From a virus, in the IMG/VR virus record IMGVR_UViG_3300037336_000025, positions 96,001 to 160,000 of that record: 64,000 nt of DNA; one strand, 5' to 3'. A model generated the notes under the pieces. It had not been told where the DNA came from and made no database searches. It saw only the letters and a program-made list of their open reading frames with translations. Positions 11,401-20,595 of the stretch are shown one piece after another (the stretch's first letter is position 1; every line of letters starts with the position of its first letter). The translations under genes and the position numbers were made by a program.

Positions 11401-14400
11401 ACTACAGACTGTGATTACACCGTATACTGATACAGTAGGCAGTGCAGAATCGTCAACACTTATTGGTAATAGTTTAGATGCAATTATTGAAATTATCGAT
11501 ACTGGTCCTGGCGCAGTTGGATCTACCGTAACATTATCTGACCCAGCTACTACTGACGGAGTAAGCTCTACTACTGCATTAATTGGTGCATATAGTGCAT
11601 TGAATTCAGCAGCAGCAACTATTAGAGCAAATACAATCTCCTATATTAATGCACAATATCCGGCATTAACATACGATAGTGCAAAGTGTTCAAGAGATAT
11701 TGGTATTATTCTAAAAGCTGTTGGCTACGATTTTATGCTTGGTAATGTTGCAGCTAATAATGTGTCTACTAACTTTAAATCAATTATTGCAGCACAGTCT
11801 TATTTGAGAGATAACGCTGCTGAAGTATATACTTTAGGACAAAAGGCAGTTACTATAGAAGCAATTGAGTATGCTCGAACACAGGCTATTGCTAATGTGA
11901 GTAGTGATGCAACTGCGATTGCACGTATAAACATATTGATGCCTTTGATTACTACGATTATCTACAGCGGATCAAATGAAGGAAATGTTTGTTCAACAGA
12001 ATTACGTAACAGAGATTATGCAATCTTACAACTTGAACTTAACCGATCATTTATTGTAGCAGAAGTTAATGCATATATTGCTAATACCTTTAGTGATACT
12101 GCTACCGCTGTGACTACTAACGTAATTACAATTAGCGATACTAGCTGGTTAAAAAGAAACGCTGAGATTGTATTCAGTGGCACAACATTTGGCGGGATTA
12201 CCGTAGGTACTAGGTATTATGTTCAAAGTGTAGTTAGCTCAACTACCTTTACAGTATCCACAACACGTTATGGAACTGCTGCATTATTTACTGACGATAC
12301 AGGGTCAATGGCTGTTAATTTAGCTTACAACACAGAGTCATGCGCACGAGATGTTGGTACATACATTGACGCACTAAAGTGGGATTTGAAATATACTTCT
12401 AACTATCAATCAAGATTTGCTTCACGTTATTATGCAAATGCAGTGCTTGGAAGTCTAGAAGAAGATATGTATTATCTACGTGATGGCACTGGATTACGAG
12501 ATCAGACATTAGTTGGACTAACAGGTGACATGTTAGCAGAAAATGAATTTGGCACTAGCCGCGTGTCAGCTGGAGCATATGCAAGTTTAGATCCAGGTTG
12601 GGGACCAAATGACTTCCGTACATGGATTATCAGCCGTTCACCGTATGTGCAAGGGTTAACTACATTTGGTAACGGAGCAGTAGGACAAAAAATTGACGGC
12701 GCATTGCATAATGGCGGTAACGATTCTATAGTATCTAATGACTTTACGCAGGTAATATCAGACGGTATCGGTGCCTGGATCACCAACAATGGTCGTGCAG
12801 AGTTAGTATCTGTGTTCTCATACTATGCACACATAGCATACCTAGCTGAAAACGGCGGACGAATCAGAGCTACTAATGGCAATAACTCTTATGGAGATTT
12901 TGGTTCTGTAGCAGAAGGATTCGACGATCGCGAAACACCAAACACTGCGGTAGTCGATAACGTATTGCAGTTTGTTGCAACAGTCGGTAATGTAACTACA
13001 ACTGGCGCACAGTTTATTGGTTTAGAGTTTAGTAATGCAGGTATAGACTACACTGATGCACAATTTGTACTAACGGGCGGCGGAATTAATGCTACTTCTG
13101 AAGCGGACGAGTTCCGAGACGATGCAGTTTACCAAGTTAGATTGGTGCAATTAGCAGAAGATGGGCTTAATGGCGAGTTTGGCGGCTCAGGATACCTAAC
13201 TAACTCCAACACAGCTCAAGCAGGATCTACTACGCAAATTACACTAGCTGCTACTGATAGTACAATTAGTACAGGATATATTGGAATGAAGGTAGTAATT
13301 ACTGGCGGAACAGGAGTAGGCCAGTTTGGTATCATCGATACATACAACACCGGTACCAAAATTGCCACAATAATTACCGAATCTACAGGCGCAGCAGGGT
13401 GGGAACATTTTGTAGCAGGAACTACTATTGCTTCTCCGGATGCAAGTACTACGTACACTGTTGAACCAAGATTAACGTTTACAGCACCATCATATGCTTC
13501 TGCGGCAGGAACAGGGCTTCCAACTGCTGGTACATACACTGATGTAAAATTTGCATCAGCAGTAACTACTTACCTCGGAGTTGCTGGCACAGGCGGCACA
13601 GGAACTGGCGCTACATTTAATGTTATCAAGAAAGGAACCAAGTACCTTGTAAGTATTGCCGCTGCCGGAACTGGATATGTTAGATTAAACACTCTAACAA
13701 TTGCAGGGACATCGCTAGGCGGTGTTAGCACAACCAATGATATCACTATCACTATCACAGCAATTACCAGCCTATCTGGTGCAGTACTTGCAGTTGACAC
13801 TACTGGTAGCGGAGTTGGCGGCAATTTTGTTGCATTGTTGTCAGGAAGTGCTACAGCTGAAACATCAATCGGCGGCACATGGACCTCAAGAACACTATCT
13901 GCTAGCAGAGATTGGATTGCCGCTGCATCTGGACAAGATATTACAGCTATCACCGCTGACAGTCTAGTAGCTGGAACAGCATATAAGATTACAGTATTAG
14001 GTAATTCGTTGTTCAATACAGTAGGAGCAGTAAACAACTTTGTTGGAACTACATTTATTGCCACAGGCGCTACTACAGGCACTGGAACAGTTGTAGCAGT
14101 TAATTCTATAATAGTTGCAATTGCAACTGGCTCTAACACAACTACACGCTCAGTCGATGGCGGAATTAATTGGACAGCCGGCGGAAACTTACCTGCAACT
14201 ACTACTTGGACTAGTATTGCCTACGGTGGCGGAGTATGGGTTGCAGTTGCTACGGGCGGAACTGCAAATGCATATAGCACAAACGGCGGACTAACATGGG
14301 TAGCCGGAGCAGTATTGCCTGCAAGCACTACTTGGACTAGCGTTACTTACGGTGCTGGAAAATTTGTTGCAGTAGCTTCAGGCGGAACTCAAGCAGCATA

Positions 14401-15823
14401 CTCTATAAATTACGGTTTAACCTGGGTTACGGCTGCTTTACCATCTAGCACTAACTGGAAGAGTGTTGAATTTGGCAATAATAGATTTGTTGCAGTATCA
14501 AGTACTAGCGGAACAGCAGCAGCTTTCAGCTTAGACGGCATTACTTGGGTAGCTAGCACTATTATTAGTGCTGCTTACCTGTCAGTTGCTTACGGCCAAG
14601 GAACATTTGTTGCAGTAGGCGCAGGTACAACAGCAGCTAGCTCTCCAGACGGAGTTGTTTGGACTTCAAGAACTATTAGTACAAGTAACAGTGTAGCCGT
14701 AGTATTTGGAAATACAAATAGAATTGGTAAATTTGTAACAATTAGTAACAGCGGCGCATCTAATGTTAGTGTGATAACTGCTAGCACCCGTGCCCGAGCA
14801 AGAGCGCAAGTAGCTAACGGTAAAATATTTGCAATTAATATCTTAGAACCTGGATCGGGTTATGCTTCATTGCCAACAATGACCATTACTGACCCTAACA
14901 ATATCTTCGAAGCACCATTTACAGTCAGAACAGGTAAAGGAACATTAGCCAACCCGTCATTTATTAATCGCGGAATCCAGTACGAAACAGCAAGTGCTGA
15001 GATAGGTAGTGGCGACGGATTTGCTGATAACTATCAACCAGGTAGTTTTGTTGCAGTTCGACAACTAGCAACACGTCCAGTAGCTGGATCTAACGTAGTG
15101 TTCGATGGTGTACCAGGAGTAACTTTTAAGTTAGTAAATATTGTAACTTTCCTTGGTACGAATGATGGAGAATATACAGCATTCTTACAAATAAGTCCTC
15201 AATTAACAATCAGTCAAGCTCCTGAACATTTAGAGGGTGTAACTACTAGATTGCGCTACAGTCAGGTACGATTAACTGGACACGATTTCTTAGACATTGG
15301 TACAGGTAGCTTCACAGAAAGTAACTACCCTAATGATCCATTGCAAGATCCAATACCGGGTAACGAGACGGTTGAAGCTGACGGCGGACGAGTATTCTTT
15401 ACTTCAACTGACCAAGACGGCAACTTCCGAGTTGGTAGTTTGTTTGCTATTGAGCAGTCGACTGGTATTGCTACATTGAATGCTGATGCGTTTAATATTA
15501 GTGGTCTACAGGAACTTAATCTAGGTAATGTTACACTTGGTGGCGGATCAGCAACTATTACAGAATTCTCAACAGATCCGTTCTTTACAGCAGATAGCGA
15601 TAATATTGTACCAACACAGCGAGCAATTAAAGCATTTATTGCTTCACAAATTGGTGGCGGTGGCGCATCGTTGAACGTAAATAGCGTAACAGCAGGTGCT
15701 ATTTTTATTAGCAGTAATGTAATTACTACAGTTACAGGTACACCGATTAAGATGAATGCAACTTTTGAATTCCGTGGTGGAGTAATAGGCTTACCACTAG
15801 CATTCAACTACTTTTTAAACTAA
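8447..15823 (+). CDS. Giant multidomain virion protein (2458 aa), paralog of 2822..8401
   Basis: Both start MAEFK. Shared blocks: SLDPGWGP, SIVSNDFTQVISDGIGAW, GHDFLD[IV]GTG, FSTDPxFTADSxNxVPTQRAI. TAAATA at 8423 and a GGAG Shine-Dalgarno upstream. Confidence 0.7.
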   Translation: MAEFKLGRIRFVWKDVWITGTTYYVDDVVRNGGKTYICTVGHTAAADFYTNLDYNPTKWNQMTDGQEWKSDWTVGTFYKDNDVVKYGALLYICTNSHTSAATLALGLEANLPGNWDVFAEGTEWKNTWTISTRYKIGDLVRTGAYTYVCKTGHTSAATELLGLEANAANWDEFNAGLEYKGAWSGSSVLYKLNDIVKQGAGLWICVDKHTSTTNFITDSSAYWSQFVEGVQFEDNWNSSTVYQIGDIVRYGGNQYIAITNHFNATPSTSTAIWSLFSEGITFESEWSSATAYRVGNVISQRGYTYIATADSTNQEPPNLTYWQKLNSGISWQAEWVDDVIYKLGDAVRYGSNAYICVLGHKSEADDGSTIGNDPQGGGNVNSRPDQDISGTYWNLLSIGTEVSVLTTRGDLVYFGGAGPTRLPIGTEGQVLRAGADDPEWVSLGAADQVYYVAPHGSDAPSPVQGKTLDKPFKTIRYACEQVENGPRNPSAQRLLELNRVFIQREVTSWIDYQVANATSGSIWENFVYEDAKCARDTGFVVDRLQWDIGHGGNLKIRAAAQSLLGLLVDGPFSVAEEDAPYSTLSSETAQGIAAYNYLLVVVAAVLANQAPAVAYQNVTDDSTAIAGQFIDITLVAEAGVLTTITLLVAIITDALANPTQVGPLPTIPARYVPFTLINVATGQYRETLPIIVPANTCIQGDELRSTNAGPAGSLVDISDSYYSLSSLAHISGFIGNIVTGSTVTPTTGNIVAQSANWPFADVAENVAVTQLVDVIKLQSDYRLGTLHTTNLIDPVGYNAGYLAGYGNARKLIKENKKFLQEEVITYLKNSYSSLAFTGSIAGNVLTVTSVESGVVTNDALIHGRSVIQGTRIDKQLSGATGEIGTYEVSKFQTVTSTIIKADTKYSRTANRRDTGYAIDAVIYDLTYGGNSQSVTAGLAYFDGDSADSTIAKSILSASFKPATLAGLAFLKTRMQAVALGSAFTPLQTVITPYTDTVGSAESSTLIGNSLDAIIEIIDTGPGAVGSTVTLSDPATTDGVSSTTALIGAYSALNSAAATIRANTISYINAQYPALTYDSAKCSRDIGIILKAVGYDFMLGNVAANNVSTNFKSIIAAQSYLRDNAAEVYTLGQKAVTIEAIEYARTQAIANVSSDATAIARINILMPLITTIIYSGSNEGNVCSTELRNRDYAILQLELNRSFIVAEVNAYIANTFSDTATAVTTNVITISDTSWLKRNAEIVFSGTTFGGITVGTRYYVQSVVSSTTFTVSTTRYGTAALFTDDTGSMAVNLAYNTESCARDVGTYIDALKWDLKYTSNYQSRFASRYYANAVLGSLEEDMYYLRDGTGLRDQTLVGLTGDMLAENEFGTSRVSAGAYASLDPGWGPNDFRTWIISRSPYVQGLTTFGNGAVGQKIDGALHNGGNDSIVSNDFTQVISDGIGAWITNNGRAELVSVFSYYAHIAYLAENGGRIRATNGNNSYGDFGSVAEGFDDRETPNTAVVDNVLQFVATVGNVTTTGAQFIGLEFSNAGIDYTDAQFVLTGGGINATSEADEFRDDAVYQVRLVQLAEDGLNGEFGGSGYLTNSNTAQAGSTTQITLAATDSTISTGYIGMKVVITGGTGVGQFGIIDTYNTGTKIATIITESTGAAGWEHFVAGTTIASPDASTTYTVEPRLTFTAPSYASAAGTGLPTAGTYTDVKFASAVTTYLGVAGTGGTGTGATFNVIKKGTKYLVSIAAAGTGYVRLNTLTIAGTSLGGVSTTNDITITITAITSLSGAVLAVDTTGSGVGGNFVALLSGSATAETSIGGTWTSRTLSASRDWIAAASGQDITAITADSLVAGTAYKITVLGNSLFNTVGAVNNFVGTTFIATGATTGTGTVVAVNSIIVAIATGSNTTTRSVDGGINWTAGGNLPATTTWTSIAYGGGVWVAVATGGTANAYSTNGGLTWVAGAVLPASTTWTSVTYGAGKFVAVASGGTQAAYSINYGLTWVTAALPSSTNWKSVEFGNNRFVAVSSTSGTAAAFSLDGITWVASTIISAAYLSVAYGQGTFVAVGAGTTAASSPDGVVWTSRTISTSNSVAVVFGNTNRIGKFVTISNSGASNVSVITASTRARARAQVANGKIFAINILEPGSGYASLPTMTITDPNNIFEAPFTVRTGKGTLANPSFINRGIQYETASAEIGSGDGFADNYQPGSFVAVRQLATRPVAGSNVVFDGVPGVTFKLVNIVTFLGTNDGEYTAFLQISPQLTISQAPEHLEGVTTRLRYSQVRLTGHDFLDIGTGSFTESNYPNDPLQDPIPGNETVEADGGRVFFTSTDQDGNFRVGSLFAIEQSTGIATLNADAFNISGLQELNLGNVTLGGGSATITEFSTDPFFTADSDNIVPTQRAIKAFIASQIGGGGASLNVNSVTAGAIFISSNVITTVTGTPIKMNATFEFRGGVIGLPLAFNYFLN

Positions 15824-15843
15824 ATACATTGGAGAAATAAATT

Positions 15844-16164
15844 ATGGCAACAGGAAGATTAGGAACAGCAGATTTAACAGCAGCAACTAACACTACGGTG
15901 TATACTTGCCCTGCTGATACATTTGCAGTAGTAACAGTTAGTGTATGTAATCGCGGAAGTGGTTCGGCAACAGTTCAACTGGCAATTTGTGATACCTCAA
16001 CTCCGGGTGGAGACGAGTATCTAGAATTTGATATAACTTTACTAGCAAAGGGTGTGTTAGAGCGTACTGGTATTGTACTAGATGCAGGAAAGTTACTGGT
16101 TGTAAGATCAAGTGCTATTAGCGTTAATGCAATAGTATATGGTATTGAAACCGCCACAGTTTAA
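15844..16164 (+). CDS. Small beta-rich virion protein
   Basis: 106 aa; TAAATA at 15821 overlaps the upstream stop; GGAG Shine-Dalgarno. Confidence 0.55.
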   Translation: MATGRLGTADLTAATNTTVYTCPADTFAVVTVSVCNRGSGSATVQLAICDTSTPGGDEYLEFDITLLAKGVLERTGIVLDAGKLLVVRSSAISVNAIVYGIETATV

Positions 16165-16178
16165 AAAAGGATAATATC

Positions 16179-17069
16179 ATGGCAAGAAAAATCACAGGCG
16201 GACTGGCAGGTAGTTCGACATTTGTAGGAACTATTCAGATTTCGGCCAATGCAGAACTTGCTACAGCAGACGATCAAGATATTACCATTAGTCCTGGAGC
16301 TGGCGGCATATTAATTTCTACCACGGCTTTTGAGTTAAGCACCCAGAGCGAGTTAAGATTTTCAGATGCTGATAGTTCAAATTGGGTAGGTTTTAAACCT
16401 CCTGCAACTATTGTATCAGACGTAATCTGGACATTACCGGCAACTGACGGATCTATCGGTCAGGTATTAACTACAAATGCAGCAGGTACACTAAGTTGGT
16501 CATCGAAGTCAGTTATAATTGGTGATGAAATTACTACAGCAACTTTTCAGTATCCGTTGTTTACCACTGCTACATCAGGCGCAGCAACATCAGTTAGTGT
16601 GTCGAGTTCAAAACTGACATATCAACCTAGTACCGGAACAGTATCTTCCTCTGAACTAAGAGCTAGTGCTTCTACAGGGTCATCAAGTAAGACTACGGGC
16701 GCATTAGTTGTAACTGGCGGAGCAGGCATTGGTGGATCACTATATGTAGGCGGCGATATTGTTGCATTTGCTGCTTCTGATATTAGACTAAAAGAAAATA
16801 TTACAAAAATTGATAATAGCTTAGAAAAACTATTAAAAATATCAGGATATGAGTATTACTGGAATAGCATTGCGCAAGAACTACATCCAGAGCGAACTAC
16901 GCTAGACGTGGGAGTTATTGCTCAAGAAGTAAAGGAAGTATTGCCATCAGCTGTAGTCCAAAGAGACGACGGGTATCTTGCTGTAAATTATGATAAGATA
17001 ATTCCTTTGTTAATAGAGTCTATTAAAACTCTAAAAGAAGAAATTGACAATATTAAAAGAGAGATTTAA
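16179..17069 (+). CDS. Tail fibre with C-terminal intramolecular chaperone (peptidase S74-like)
   Basis: SDIRLKENI...GYEYYWN...GVIAQEV...LAVNYDKIIPLLIESIKTL followed by a coiled coil, the S74 autocleaving chaperone pattern. Confidence 0.85.
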   Translation: MARKITGGLAGSSTFVGTIQISANAELATADDQDITISPGAGGILISTTAFELSTQSELRFSDADSSNWVGFKPPATIVSDVIWTLPATDGSIGQVLTTNAAGTLSWSSKSVIIGDEITTATFQYPLFTTATSGAATSVSVSSSKLTYQPSTGTVSSSELRASASTGSSSKTTGALVVTGGAGIGGSLYVGGDIVAFAASDIRLKENITKIDNSLEKLLKISGYEYYWNSIAQELHPERTTLDVGVIAQEVKEVLPSAVVQRDDGYLAVNYDKIIPLLIESIKTLKEEIDNIKREI

Positions 17070-17071
17070 TA

Positions 17072-17899
17072 ATGGCAGTGCAACTATCAAATTGCGGTAT
17101 TATTTATTCCAACAATCAACATAAGTGTACGATTGAAGAAAAAATAGAAGTTTATGTTTATAACGGAAACCATTGGTCGCCTGCAAATGGTGGCAGATGT
17201 TGTGGCTGGGTTGTGCCTACAGGGACTACTTCTATAAAGTTTGAAATACTATCAGGCGGCGGGCCAGGTGGCTCATCAGGCGGCGACTATGATTATGGTA
17301 TAGGCGGACAGGGCGGCAATTATACTGCAAAAACACTACAAAAATCAGTGCATGGATTTACAGATGGTCAAACATATACAGTATGCGCCGCTGGCACATC
17401 GGATTGTAGTTGCTGTTGTTCGTGTAACGTAAACTGCCGTCATGGATGCACAGGTTGGGTCCAAGGAACAGGTCTAAGTAATTTCTGCGCTATTGGCGGC
17501 ATGGGTGGCCCAACGATCTGGGACAAGATGAGTCAATGTTATAACTGTCACATTGGCAATGTCCAGTGTGATCTAGGATTATACAACGATAGCTGGCAGG
17601 CAAATGCCTGCAACTCACCGACTTATGGCGGCGATATGGAATTTAGAGGTACAGCTGGATCTATGAACCGACAGTACGACTGTTGTGCAGACCACTTCTC
17701 AGTTGCAGGTTCTCCATCAGGACCAATAAGTGCTGCCCACGGCGTAGGCGGAAAGCATCCATGTGTTGGCAACTTAGCCTGTTGTTCTGCACATGCGGCT
17801 TATCCAGGTGGCGGCGGAGCAGGTCACTCAACAATGTCATCAAGTGCATGTTGGGGCAGCTTTGGTGCCGGCGGCCTAGTTAAAATAACATATAGTTAA
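17072..17899 (+). CDS. Cys- and Gly-rich putative fibre-tip adhesin, copy 1
   Basis: 275 aa with 23 Cys by hand count; GGGPGGSSGG and PGGGGAG runs; ends GAGGLVKITYS; directly after the S74 fibre. Confidence 0.55.
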   Translation: MAVQLSNCGIIYSNNQHKCTIEEKIEVYVYNGNHWSPANGGRCCGWVVPTGTTSIKFEILSGGGPGGSSGGDYDYGIGGQGGNYTAKTLQKSVHGFTDGQTYTVCAAGTSDCSCCCSCNVNCRHGCTGWVQGTGLSNFCAIGGMGGPTIWDKMSQCYNCHIGNVQCDLGLYNDSWQANACNSPTYGGDMEFRGTAGSMNRQYDCCADHFSVAGSPSGPISAAHGVGGKHPCVGNLACCSAHAAYPGGGGAGHSTMSSSACWGSFGAGGLVKITYS

Positions 17900-17914
17900 G
17901 AGGAAATAAAAAAA

Positions 17915-18742
17915 ATGCCAGTACAATTATCAAATAACGGTATAGTATATGCTAATGGACAGCACCAATGCGCAATTGCTGAAGTTAAAGAAATATGGGT
18001 ATATAATACAAACAACTGGACGCCAGAAAACGGCGGAAGATGCTGTCAATTTATAGCCCCAGCAGGAACTACTTCTATAAAGTTTGAAATATTATCAGGA
18101 GGCGGCCCAGGCGGCTCCTCAGGTGGTGACTATGACCACGGTGTAGGAGGCGCAGGCGGCAATTATACCGCAAAGACATTGACTAAATCAGTGCATGGAT
18201 TTGGAGATGGTACTGGGTATACTGTGTGTGCTGCTGGTTCGTCAAACTGTAGCTGCTGCTGTTCATGTAACATGAACTGCCGTCATGGATGTACTAGTTG
18301 GGTTCAGGGAACTGGCCTAAGTAATTTCTGTGCAATTGGCGGCATGGGCGGCTCAACTAGCTGGGATATGACATCAAACTGTTATAACTGTCATATTGGT
18401 AATACTCAATGTGACTTAGGTAACTACAACGCAGGTTGGGTCAACCATAGCTGCAACTCACCAACTTATGGCGGCGATATTGAATTTAGAGGAACTACGG
18501 GATCATTTAACAGGCAGTATAACTGTTGTGCAGATGCATTCTCAGTAGCAGGTGGACCAAGTGGACCATTTACTGCTCCTCATGGCGTAGGCGGAAAACA
18601 TCGATGTGTTGGGAACTTAGCCTGTTGCTCTGCACACGCGGCGTTCCCAGGTGGCGGGGGCGCGGGACACGCAACAGACGCAACAAGTGCATGTTGGGGT
18701 AGTTTTGGCGCAGGCGGCCTAGTTAAAATAACGTATAGTTAA
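17915..18742 (+). CDS. Cys- and Gly-rich putative fibre-tip adhesin, copy 2
   Basis: 275 aa with 22 Cys; collinear with copy 1; identical CSCCCSCN and GNLACCSAH motifs. Confidence 0.55.
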   Translation: MPVQLSNNGIVYANGQHQCAIAEVKEIWVYNTNNWTPENGGRCCQFIAPAGTTSIKFEILSGGGPGGSSGGDYDHGVGGAGGNYTAKTLTKSVHGFGDGTGYTVCAAGSSNCSCCCSCNMNCRHGCTSWVQGTGLSNFCAIGGMGGSTSWDMTSNCYNCHIGNTQCDLGNYNAGWVNHSCNSPTYGGDIEFRGTTGSFNRQYNCCADAFSVAGGPSGPFTAPHGVGGKHRCVGNLACCSAHAAFPGGGGAGHATDATSACWGSFGAGGLVKITYS

Positions 18743-18752
18743 GGAGAATAAA

Positions 18753-19469
18753 ATGGCAAAAATAACTAAAATGCTAACATATAGCGTACCAGATGAAATG
18801 TACTCAACTGCAACTACGTTGGGTAAAACTAGTACACAGTTTTACAACGGTCCAGCCGAATTGATACTTTGGATTAGTAAAGATACCGGCCGGGTTACAC
18901 AATCGTGGGAAGCAGAAAATGAGCCAGCACAACCGCTGCCATTGGATCTTAAAAGAGAGATCTTAAAAGCAGACACTGACGAAAACTGTATTAGAATTGG
19001 ATTAATACACAGCGGATTCGACAAGCCAAAAATTTACGAAGTTGCAGTTGGCCCAGCCGATGCGGCAAATGCTACAGTTGTAGATCCGTCCGATGTTAGA
19101 ATAGTTTACAATAGAGAGACTGTAGATAGCGACTATACTGCACCTCTTTCGTTCTTTGAGTACCTACGAGATAGGTCAATAGAGTTTACTAAAATTGGAA
19201 GAAACTCACTATTAGCAGCTAGTGACGGTAGACTTGCATCAGATATGCCTGCTGCATTAAAAGAACAATGGATGACATACAGACAAAAACTTAGAGATTT
19301 GCCAGCTGATTGGGCAGGAGTTCCAGGCTACCTAATAAGATTTCCAATGAGCCCCGATGACTCTGTTGATATGGAATTTAATGACCCATACGTTGATGTT
19401 ATTAGAATTGCTGATAGAACTGATATAGACAATGATGCATTGTCACAGCTACCTGCTGGCGTTAAGTAA
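18753..19469 (+). CDS. Tail fibre assembly chaperone-like protein
   Basis: RNSLLAASD...WMTYRQKLRDLP matches the R-N-x-L-L-x-x-S-D...W-x-x-Y-R-Q-x-L-R-D-L-P pattern of phage tail assembly chaperones. Confidence 0.75.
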   Translation: MAKITKMLTYSVPDEMYSTATTLGKTSTQFYNGPAELILWISKDTGRVTQSWEAENEPAQPLPLDLKREILKADTDENCIRIGLIHSGFDKPKIYEVAVGPADAANATVVDPSDVRIVYNRETVDSDYTAPLSFFEYLRDRSIEFTKIGRNSLLAASDGRLASDMPAALKEQWMTYRQKLRDLPADWAGVPGYLIRFPMSPDDSVDMEFNDPYVDVIRIADRTDIDNDALSQLPAGVK

Positions 19470-19585
19470 TCTTAAATAGTATTATGCTGGAAACGGCACA
19501 ATACTTAACAGCCACATTGTTCTTAGAGGTACATACTTCACAATAAATATTATAATACGATGAGTTATCAAAGGTTATAATATTA

Positions 19586-20572
19586 ATGAAAAAAGCATTT
19601 TTTATAAATGGCGGCGCAGGCAGAGTACTATGTGCAATTCCCGCACTAGAATATTACGTCAAACATATCGATCCGACTGTAGTTATTATTGTCGAAGGTT
19701 GGATCGATTTATATTTAACTAGCAAAATCTTAGCAAGTAATGTACATCCTGCTAACGACCCGAATCTTTTTGAAAAATTAAAAGACAGAGAAATAATTAC
19801 TCCCGAACCGTACAAACTAAACGCATACTTTACTCAACGATGCAATCTTGTCCAAGCATTTGATATGTTGATTAACTACGACGTTCCGCCCGAAACTATT
19901 CCAGAAACAAAAGAATACAATATCTTTATTGGTAAAAAAGACATTGTAACATCAAACGAACTAGTTAATGAAGCTAGGAATCATTTTAAAAAGCAACAAG
20001 TAGTAATATTTCAACCATTCGGATCTACAGCTAGAATACAAGGCGATGTTATAATTGACGAAAGTGGTAGATCATTTGAAGTTGACGATATTATAAAAAT
20101 ACTCGAAGAACTGAATAAAAATTACGCCGTTATAATGATGAGCGAGTTAAAAATTCCTACAAATAAAGCATTAGGAGTAATGGTTCCGGAGAGTGTTAGC
20201 CTATTACAATGGACCGGAATTGTTAATGCTGCTGATTATTTTTTAGGTTGCGACTCAGTTGGACAACATATTGCACATGCTCTAAACAAACCAGGTACAG
20301 TGGTTATAGGCAGCACATTCCCAGAAAATATTTCGTATCCTAGTAGCAGTACACTTACGATACTAGATAATGGCAAAGACGAAAGACGATATTCTCCAAT
20401 AAGAGTTGTAGTAGATATTAGAATTGATAGGCATAACGAAAATTTAATGAAACTTAATGACGAAACTATCAAGACACTTACTAAAGGAATTAAAACTACT
20501 TTAAGTAAAACTACCAGTACATATACTGAACCTAAACAACTTGCTGGTTGTTCTACTCCCGGTTGTTCTTAA
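19586..20572 (+). CDS. GT-B glycosyltransferase, GT9 (heptosyltransferase)-like
   Basis: GGAGRVLCAIPAL N-terminus; VIFQPFGS; ADYFLGCDSVGQHIAHALNKPGTVV. Confidence 0.7.
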   Translation: MKKAFFINGGAGRVLCAIPALEYYVKHIDPTVVIIVEGWIDLYLTSKILASNVHPANDPNLFEKLKDREIITPEPYKLNAYFTQRCNLVQAFDMLINYDVPPETIPETKEYNIFIGKKDIVTSNELVNEARNHFKKQQVVIFQPFGSTARIQGDVIIDESGRSFEVDDIIKILEELNKNYAVIMMSELKIPTNKALGVMVPESVSLLQWTGIVNAADYFLGCDSVGQHIAHALNKPGTVVIGSTFPENISYPSSSTLTILDNGKDERRYSPIRVVVDIRIDRHNENLMKLNDETIKTLTKGIKTTLSKTTSTYTEPKQLAGCSTPGCS

Positions 20573-20595
20573 AATAAATGCTACAAGGAAAAATA

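Noticed and set aside
17072-18742. Possible diversity-generating retroelement template/variable repeat pair
   Set aside because: Both copies are full genes, differences include many synonymous non-adenine positions, and no reverse transcriptase is in the window.
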